Origin: the human T2T-CHM13v2.0 reference genome, Homo sapiens
DNA length: 64,000 nucleotides
Assembly: GCF_009914755.1 (NCBI RefSeq)
Contig: NC_060928.1
Reading direction: 5' to 3' (one strand)
The position numbers and the translations under genes are program-made. The notes below the pieces were generated by a model. That model saw only the letters and a list, made by a program, of their open reading frames with translations, was not told the origin of the DNA and searched no databases. Position 1 is the stretch's first letter. The number at the start of each line of letters is the position of its first letter. Shown here one piece after another: positions 54,872 to 64,000 of the stretch.

Positions 54872-57800
54872 TTTTAACTTTTATTTTAGATTCAGGGGTA
54901 CATGTGCAGGTTTGTTATATAGGCAAATTGTGTGTCATGGGGCTTTAGTGTACAGATTATTTTGTCACCCAGGTAATAAGCATAGTATCTGATAGGTAGT
55001 TTTTCAATCCTGTCCCTCCTACCACCCTCTGCCCTCCAGTAGGCCGAGTGTCTGCTGTTTCCTTCTTTGTGTTCCTGTGTACTCAATGTTTAGCTCCCAC
55101 TTGTTGGCGAGAACATGCAGTATTTGGTTTTCTGTTTCTGTCTTAGTTCACTTAGGATAATGGCCTCCAGCTCTATCCATATTGCTGCAAAGGACATGAT
55201 CTCATTCCTTTTCATGGTTGTGTAGTATTTCATGGTGTATACATAACACATTTTCTTTATCTAGTCTACCATTTGATAGGCATTTAGGTTGATTCTATGT
55301 CTTTGCTGTTGTGAATAGTGCTATGATGAACATATGTATGCATGTGTCTTTACGTAGAACAATTTATATTCCTTTGGGTATACACCGAGTAACAGGGTTT
55401 TTGGGTTGAATGGTAGTTCTGTTTTAAATTCTTTGCCCTGCCTTCCGCAATGGCTGAACTAATTTGCATTCCCACCAGCAGTGGGATATAAGCATTCCCT
55501 TTTCTCCACAACCTTACCAGCATCTGTTATTTTTTGACTTTTTAATAATAGCCATTCTGACTGGTGTGAGATGGTATCTCATTGTGATTTTAATTTACAT
55601 TTCTCTAATGATTAGTGATGGTGAGCATCTTCTTATATGCTTGTTGGCTGCGTGTATGTCTTTTGAAAAGTGTCTGTTCATGTCCTTTGCTCACTTTTTA
55701 ATGGGGTTGTTTGTTTTCTGCTTGTTATTTGTTTAAGTTCCTTATAGATTCTGGATATTAGACCTTTGTTGGATGTGTAGTTTGCAAATATATTCTCCCA
55801 TTCTGTAGGTTGTCTGTTTACTATGTCGATAGTTTCTTTTGCTGTGCAGAAGCTCTTTAGTTTAATTAGGTTCCATTTGTCAATTTTTATTTTTGTTGCA
55901 ATTGCTTTTGGCATCTCTGTCATAAAATCTTTGCCAGGTCCTATGTCCAGAATGGTATTTCCTAGGTTATCTTGCAGAGTTTTTACAGTTTTAGATTTTA
56001 CCTTGAGTTGATTTTTTGTATATGATGTAAGAAAGGGGTCCAGTTTCAATCTCCTCCATATGGCTACCCAGTTATCCCAGAACCATTTAGTGAACAGGGA
56101 ATTCTGTCCACATTGCTTGTTTTTGTCAAAGATCAGATGATTGCAGGTGCGCAGCCTTATTTCTGGGCTCTCTATTTTGTTCCATTAGTCTATGTGCCTG
56201 TTTTTGTACCAGTACCATGTGATTTTGGTTACTATAACCTTGTAGTATAGTTTGAAGTCAGGTAATGTGATGTCTCCAGCTTTGTTCTTCTTGCTTAGGA
56301 TTGTCTTGGCTGTTTAGACTCTTTTTTGTTCTCTATTAATTTTTAAATAGTTGGTTTTTTTGGTTCTGTGAAGAATGTTGTTGGCAGTTTGACAGGAATA
56401 GCATTGAATCTGTAAGTTGCTTTGGGTAATATGACCATTGTAACAATATTGATTCTTTCTATCTATGAGCATGGAATATCTTTTCATTTGTGTTATCTCT
56501 GATATCTTTGAGCAGTGTTTTGTAATTTTCATAGTAGTGATCTTTCACCTCTCTGGCTAGCTGTATTTGTGTATTTTATTCTTTTTGTGGCTATTATGAA
56601 TGAGACTGCTTTATTGATTTGACTCTCAACTTGGACTTTGTGGGAGTATAGAAATGCTACTGATTTTTGTTCATTGATTTTTGTATCCTGAAACTTTGCT
56701 GAAGTTGTTTATCACATCAAGGAGCTTTTGGGCAGAGACTATGGGTTTTCCAGGTATAGTATCATCTAGTCTGCAAACAGAGAGTTTGCCTTTCTCTTTT
56801 TCTATTTGGATGAATTTTATTTCTTTCTCTTGCCCTATTGCTCTGGCTGGGGCTTCCAGTACTATGTCAAATAGGAATGTTGAGAGTAGGCATCCTTGTC
56901 TTGTTCTGGTTCTCAAAACCAATGCTTCCAGCTTGTGACCATTCAGTATGATGTTGGCTGTGTGTTTGTCATGGATGCCTCTTATTATTTTCAGGTATGT
57001 TCCTTCAATGCCCAGTTTGTTGAGGGTTTTAACTTGAAGAGATATTCAGTTTTATTGAAAACATTTTCTGCATCCATTGAGATGATCATGAGATTTTTGT
57101 TTTTAGTTCTGTTTATGTGATGAATCACATATATTCATCTGCATGTGTTGAACCAATCTTGCATACCAGAGCTTACAGACTACTTGATCATAGGCTCTAA
57201 TCTACTTGATCATAGATTAGTTTGGTGATATACTGCTGGGTTTGGTTTGCTGGTATTTTGTTGTGGATTTTTACATTTATGTTCTTCAAGGATATTGGCC
57301 TGAAGTTTTCTCTTTTTTTGTGTATATCTGCCAGGTTATAGTATCAGGATGATGCTGGTCTCATAGAATGAATAAGTGAGGAGTTCCTCCTTCTCAGGGT
57401 TTTTTTTTTTAATACTTTCAGTAGGAATGGCACCAGCTCTTCTTTATATATCTGGTAGAATTCAGCTGTGAATCCATCTGGTCCTGGGTTTCTTCTTATT
57501 CATAGGCTTTTTATCACTGATTCAGTTTTAGAACCTCTGATTTGTTTGTTCATTGATTCAATTTCTTCCTGGTTCAATATTGGGAAGCTGTATGTTTCCA
57601 GGAATTTATCTATTTCTTCTAGGTTTTCTAGTTTGTGTGCATAGAGTTGTTCATGTCTGTAATGGTTACTTGTATATGTGTGGTGTTGGAGGTCATGACT
57701 CATTTGTCATTTCTGATTGTGTTCCTTTGGATATTCTTTATTAGTTTAGCTAGCAGTCTATCTGTCTTATTTATTCTTTCAAAAAACCAACTCCTGGATT

Positions 57801-60750
57801 CATTGATCTTTTGCATGGTTTTTCATGTCTTAATTCCCCTCAGTTCAGCTCTGATTTTAGTTATTTCTTGTTTTCTGCTAGCTTTGGGGTTGGTTTGTTC
57901 TTGCTTCTACAGTTCCCTTACATGTGATGTTATGTTGTTAATGAGAGATCTTTCTAATTTTTTGATGTGGGTGTTCAGCCTATAAACTTCCCAGTTAATG
58001 TTGCTTTAGCTGCATCCCAGAGACTCTGTTACATCTTTGTTCTTGTTATTTTCAAATAATGTCTTGATTTCTGCCTTAATTTCATTGTTTACCCAAAAGT
58101 CATTCAGGAGCAGGTTAATTTCCATGTAATTGTATGGCTTGGGGCAATTTTCTTTGTATTGATTTCTATTTTTATTGTGCTGTGATCTGAGAGTGTACTT
58201 GGCATGATTTCTGTTTTTTTGAATTTGTGGAGGATTGTTTTATGGCCTGTTGTGCGGTAGATTTTAAAATATGCACCATGTGCAGAGGAGGAGAATGTAT
58301 ATTCTGTTGTTTTGGGTGGACAGTTCTGTAGACGTCTGTTAGGTCCATTTGGTCAAGTGTCGAGTTCAGGCCCTGAATATCTTTGTTAGTTATCAATGAT
58401 CTGTCTCAATCTGTATCTCAGATCTGTATCAGTGATCTGTCTAATGGTGTCAGTGGGGTGTCAATGTCTCCCAGTATTATTATGTGGTTGTCTAGGTCTC
58501 TTTGTAGTTCTTTAAGAACTTGCTTTATAAATCTAGGTGCTCTTGTGTTTGGTACATATGTATTTAGGATAGTTAGGTCTTCTTGTTGAATGGAACCCTT
58601 TACTATTATATAATGCCCTTGTCTTTTTTGATCATTGTTGGTTAGAAGTCTGTTTGTCTTCTAACAATTAGAATAGCAATCCCTACTTTTTTGTTTTCCA
58701 TTGCTCAGTAGCTTTTCTCCATCCATTTACTTACTTTGAGCCTATAGGTGTCATTGCATGTGAGATGGATCTCTTAAAGACAACCTACCATTGTGTCTTG
58801 CTTCTTTATCCAACTTGCCACTCTGTTCCTTTTACCTGAGAAATTTATCCTGTTTATATTCAAGATTAACATTGATATGTGTGAATTTGATCCTGTGATC
58901 ATTTTGTTGGCCGGTTATTATGCAGACTTGATTGTGTGATTGCTTTATAGTGCCAATAGTCTATGTATTAAGTGTGTTTTTGTGGTGGCTGGTAACAATC
59001 TTTTCTTTCCATATTTAGCACTCCCTTAAGGACCTCTTGTAAGGCAGGTCTAGTGGTAATGAATTCCCTTGGCATTTGCTTGTCTGAAAGTATCTTATTT
59101 CTCCTTTGCTTATGAAGCTTAGTTTGGCTGGATATGAAATTCTTGGTTGAAATTTCTTTTTTTTTTTTTTAAGAATGCTGAATATAGGCCCCTAATCTCT
59201 TCTGACTTGTAGCATTTCTGCTGAAAGGTCTGCTGTTAGCCCAATGGGGTTCTCTTTGTAGATGATCTGCCCCTTCTCTCTGTCTGCCCTTTACATTTTT
59301 TCTTTCATTTTGACCTTGGAAAATCTGATGTTTATGTGTCTTAGGGATGGTTGTCTTGTATAATATCTTGCAGGGGTTCTCTGCATTTCCTGAATTTGAA
59401 TGTTGGCCTCTCTGGCGAGGTTGGGAAATTTTCATGGATGAAATCCTAAAATATGTTTTACAGGTTGCTTGCTTTCTCGCCCTCTCTTTTGGGATGCCAA
59501 TAAATCATAGATTTGGTCTCTTTACATAATCCCATATTTCTCAAATGGTCTCTTTCCATAATCCCATATTACCCTTTGAGAAATTCATTTTTCATGCATC
59601 TTTATTGTTTTTTCTTTATTTTTGTCTAAGTTATTTTGAAGAACCAGTCTTCGAGCTCTGAGCTTCTTTCCTCAGCTTGATCAATTCTGCTTTTTAATAT
59701 TTGCAATTGTATTCTGAAATTTTTAAAGTGAATTCTTCAGCTCTATCAGATAAGTTTGTTTCTTTCTTAAAATGGCCATTTCATCTTTTATTTTCTGTAT
59801 TGTTTCATTGTAGTCCTTAGATTCCTTGGATTGGGTTTCAACTTTCTCCTAGATGTCGATGATCTTCACTCCTATCCATATTCTGAATTCTATTTCTGTC
59901 ATTTCAACCTTTTCAGCCTGGAACCATTGCTGGGGAACTAGTGGTAAGAAGACACTCTGGCTTTTTGAGTTGCCAGAGTTCTTGCTCTGGTTCTGTCTCA
60001 TCTGTGTGGGCTGATGTTCCTTCAATCTTTGAAGCTGCTGTCCTTTGGATGTTTTTTTTTTTTTCTTTTATCTTCTTTGATGCATTTGGGTGTTTGATTT
60101 TGGTTTCAGTTGGGTTCAATTGACTGGGTTTGCTTCTGGAGGATTTTAGAGGGCCAAGGTTTAGCTCAGCCCTCCTGTTCTGCATGCTCCAACTATGGAG
60201 GGCCAGTACTGGACCCCCAACTTTGTTCTCTGGCCCCTGGAGGTTAGGAATCTGCTGCCAAGGTGCTCCTGGTCCGCTGGCCACAGCAGTCTGGTGGGCA
60301 GTATTAGCAAAAGCACTTCATTGGGGCAGTGGGATCTGTGCCTGCTCAAGTATGCTAGCACAGCAGGGTGCATACACATTGGCTGGAGTGGAGTACCGAT
60401 GGAAGCAGGGTTGCACTCTTCTGTGTGCTCATTGTGGCAGTGGGGCACAGGCCGGGGCGAGTTGCCAGTGTTTGTGCTCACATTTGTGCTAGCAGCAGTG
60501 GGAGTGGGGTGCTGGATGGTGTGGGGCTGCCTGCCTCCATGTTTGTACTGGTGACGGAATTGGAACAGAGAGGCAGGGCCACTGGTATCAGTGCATGCGT
60601 TCACACTGGCGGTGGTGGTGGCGGTGGTGCAGGGAGGGGTGGGGTTACCAGTGTCTTTGCCATGTTCACACCAGCAATGGAAGTTCGGATGAGTGCTCTT
60701 GCACACAGGGGTGGGGACAGGTAGTTGTGTTCACATCACAGCAGTAGTGC
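54872..60750 (-). mobile_element. Near full-length L1PA13-15-like element (3' UTR, ORF2, ORF1, GC-rich 5' UTR)
   Basis: Antisense 3' end ttcaggggtacatgtgcaggtttgttatatagg; minus-strand ORF2p peptides ([18 protein letters not shown]); ORF1 at ~59000-59950; no TSD found. Confidence 0.9.
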
Positions 60751-60799
60751 AGTCGGGTATCCTATCTCCTGCAGTCATGGCTCTCTGAGGCGGAAGATA

Positions 60800-60854
60800 T
60801 TAGGTTCGCGCACAAGTAATGGGAAAAACCGCAATTGCTTTTGCACCAACCTAA
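60800..60854. mobile_element. MADE1 (Hsmar1 mariner MITE), internally deleted
   Basis: TA|ttaggtt...aacctaa|TA termini; right arm aaaaaccgcaattgcttttgcaccaacctaa. Confidence 0.9.
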
Positions 60855-61404
60855 TACTTTTGTGATAACAGAATGTCTGCCTTCCTTTTTACAGAAGAGA
60901 AAATCAAAGCACAAAGAGTTGTATTGCCTTTGCCAACTCATCTGCCAGATGCCAGAGCCAGGACTAGACCCCAACTGGTTTTTTATATATTACGTTGACT
61001 TTTTTTTTTTAAGCTAGGAGAGAGGAGTTTTTATCATTTTTATTTGTGTGTTCTGGACACATTTATTAGACAAAAATGTCTATGTTCTAATAACTAAGAT
61101 GGCATTTTAGAAGCATAGAAGAAATTCCCACATAATCTTACTATTTCCTTCATATTACTTTTTCTCTATGCTGTTTACAATTCATGTACCTATACTTTGC
61201 CAGTCCTTTCTTCTCCAGCTGCAGTGTTCTAAGCCTCTAAATTTTCTTTTGTCTTACTAGATTCTTAGCACTATAACTTAAGTATATGGTGCCTTTGAAA
61301 TTTCATGCCGACTCTGGCATGACTAAAATTATATCAAGATTTGTAACAGAATGCTTGTGGGGTTTCTCTACTTTAGAGTCCTTGAGTTATCAAATTGGTA
61401 GAAA

Positions 61405-61720
61405 AGCCAATAGGATTTGCTCACTAACTGGATATGGTGTGTGAGAAAGGAGAAATGAAGATGTCTCCCAGGGTTTTGCCTTGAGAAACTAGAAGAATGG
61501 ATTTACCATTGAACTGAGAGAAGATTGCTCAATGAGCAAGCCTAGGGGTAACAGGATGGGTGGATTGGGGTGAAAAAATTGGAGTGAAAATCAGGAGCTC
61601 ACATTGGGTTTCAGATGGCTACTGAATATCTCAATGGAGATGTCAAGTGTTGGCCACAATGAACTGTAGTTCATGGATTATCTTCGTGGACGTGTTAAGT
61701 TTGGGAGTCATTAGTTATAG
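61405..61720 (-). mobile_element. L2 relic
   Basis: ggatttgctcactaactggatatggtgt...gaagatgtctcccagggttttg...tggagatgtcaagt. Confidence 0.7.
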
Positions 61721-61729
61721 TGTTTTATC

Positions 61730-62235
61730 TTTGTGCTCTATTTTATTTATGTTCTTTATTTCCTCTTTTACTTTCTCTGTCTATCCTGTTATTGTAACTT
61801 CTTAATTTATATATTTAGTTTGTTAATTCATATACTTTATTTATTTTTCTTAATATAACTATTTAAGGTTATAAATTCCCCTTTAAGAGTTGCTTTAGCT
61901 CTATTTCGTTAATTTTGAAATTTTAATATTTTCAGAGTTATTTAGTACTAAGAATTATCTAACTTCACTTTTGATTTTTTTGAAGAGCCTATTTACTTGC
62001 TTTTTTTGAAAAAAAATTTTAAACAAATTTTTGTTGAAATTAACATAATCACACTGTGCATAGAGAACATGGTCTGTATGATATCAATCCTATAGATTCT
62101 GTCAAGGATCGTTTCATGGGTGTCAATTTTTTAAAATGTTTCATATGTGCTTGAAAATAATATGTGTTTTCCTATTGTTAGAAATAGTTTCAGCTGTATT
62201 AAGTACATCATATTTTCAAATTTGATTGTTCAAAT
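61730..62235 (-). mobile_element. Old L1M ORF2 relic
   Basis: atttaaggttataaattcccctttaag.gttgctttagct; gagaacatggtctgtatgatatc; tgtgcttgaaaataatatgtg. Confidence 0.6.
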
Positions 62236-62343
62236 GTGAGTACACATTTCTACATCAAGAAATAGACTGCATATTTACTTTCTAGAAATGATGAGCAACA
62301 AAGAGCAACTTTGTGAAAGCAGTTTTGAAATCCTGTTGTGAAA

Positions 62344-62597
62344 ATCAAATACCATGCGTTCTCACTTATAAGCAGGAGTGAAACAACAGGTATACATGGA
62401 CATACAGAGGAGAATAGACCCTGGACTCCAAAAGGAAGAAGGCAGTGAGGGGAGAGAGGGTTGAAAAATTACCTATTGGGTTCATTGTTCACTATTCAGA
62501 TGATGGGTACACTACACTAAAAGCGCAGACTTTACTGCTACCCAATATATCCATGTAACACAACTGCACTTGTACTCCTAAATAAGCAAAAAAAAAA

Positions 62598-62629
<32 letters not shown>

Positions 62630-62630
62630 A
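62344..62630 (+). mobile_element. L1MA2/3-like 3' UTR fragment with a long A27(AAAAG)n tail
   Basis: gttctcacttataag...gttgaaaaattacctattggg...catgtaacacaactgcacttgtac; TSD gaaat(c/g)ctgttgt at 62327-62339 and 62631-62643. Confidence 0.88.
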
Positions 62631-63911
62631 GAAATGCTGTTGTAAGACTTACGGGCTAGACAACAACAGCTTTGAACAATAAGAAGAGGAACTTAAATCT
62701 GAAGTATACTTGGTCCCAATGTAGCCTGCTTAGAATTCCCTTAAAAATAATTTATAGCTATAAGAATAAATGTCATATTCCAGAATTATTGTATGAAGAC
62801 TTTAAAAAATATTTTATAATAGTTATTTATTGACATCCTCAATTAATACATCCTGGTTACAACTACACATGTATACATATTGAAGAGCAACTTCCACTCC
62901 CATTTCTTTTATAATTTGATTCCTTCCAATTAATTTTCAAACTTTTCCAAATGATGTATAATGTTACCAATGTCTAGGTATAGCATAAGTGCATAAAAAA
63001 TAGGAGCAATATATTTTTAAAGTAATTTTCTATAGCTTAGAAAAAGCATTCAAGTAATATTATAAATTGAATTCAACTGAGATATGTGGCACATTCTTAA
63101 ATCAGATCCATTGGTAAAATTAATTGGAATCTATTGGTAATTTTAACATCTATCTCATTAATTAAGTAAATAAATATTTTGAGTAAAAGAGTAGATGATA
63201 TAATTCTCTATGTTAATTTTCATCATGATAGGCTACTATGGTCTGAGGTTTTAGAGCAGGTTAGAATTATATCAGATTAGGCTCTATCTGGCTGAGTCTG
63301 GGCACCACAGCACTTATCCCACAGTCTTTGGCTCTCAACTCCTGGTGAAACTGCCAAGGGCTCATTTTACTTCCTTTACATTGGTTCTGAATCTCACTTA
63401 ATGGAAGACTAACCTGGAAGCTAGTCAAAATAAGGTTGAATTTATAGGTTTTCATATAGCTTGGACCCACCAGCTATTTCCACTGCTTTTAGAACCTCCT
63501 ATTAACTAGTTAGCTGAAACCAGAAAGTGAATCTTAAATTCAACACTACATTCAAATAAACTTTTTGTTTTGGCTAACTTGTTATATTTCACCTCCACCC
63601 AATCTTAGTAATGACATTTACAGCTACTTGAGAGTCTAGATCTGCAGAGATTCTCAAAAATAGGAATGTCTTATAATTTGAAAGATTTTAAAAATATTTT
63701 TACCTTTCTTTGAAATGTCAAGGATAGTAAACACTACTTGCTTCCCCCAAATTAAGCTAAGTGGAGTACTTCTTTTCAAAGTACTTTTTGGGTAACATGT
63801 ATGGGTAGAGACCACAATGCTCCAGTCATCTCAGAAGCGTAAAGGATTGAGCATTTTAATGGGTATAGGATCGTCAAATGAGTCATTTTCTGAATGAGTC
63901 TTCCTAACTTG

Positions 63912-63913
<2 letters not shown>

Positions 63914-63957
<44 letters not shown>
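63914..63957. repeat. (GT)22 microsatellite
   Basis: Directly visible. Confidence 0.97.
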
Positions 63958-63961
<4 letters not shown>

Positions 63962-64000
63962 GTCAAAAGAATTTTCACTCTCTCCATTGTAAATGTTCTT

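Noticed and set aside
59913-60724. Cluster of overlapping 118-181 aa ORFs
   Set aside because: Lies in the GC-rich L1 5' UTR where stop codons are scarce; no recognisable protein

Overview
This is primate (human-like) nuclear DNA: AT-rich, gene-poor and dominated by interspersed repeats. I find no credible protein-coding exon, RNA gene, CpG island or CRISPR array. The longer ORFs in the track are decayed L1/ERV remnants or Alu/simple-repeat frames, and the rest are short frames with no recognisable product. The main elements are several large LINE-1s: a full-span old L1MA with its target-site duplication (TSD) and nested inserts at 30381-39387, a 5'-inverted L1PB1-like copy at 40192-44846, and a near full-length antisense L1PA13-15-like copy at ~54870-60750. 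There are also about 13 Alu or Alu-fragment copies, L2/MIR relics, MaLR LTRs, MER5 and MADE1 DNA-transposon relics, and a MER21-type ERVL element at ~17882-22612. That ERV is the most interesting item. It has an mRNA-like layout (R-U5-PBS-gag/pol-PPT-U3-R-polyA) rather than a proviral one, which suggests an L1-mobilised processed copy of retroviral RNA. Other notable events are an L1 3' transduction, a tail-less Alu fragment with a TSD, two local templated duplications and closely spaced inverted Alus. I do not see a new multi-gene system. Subfamily names come from recalled consensus features and were not checked by a search. Boundaries not anchored by a TSD are approximate.
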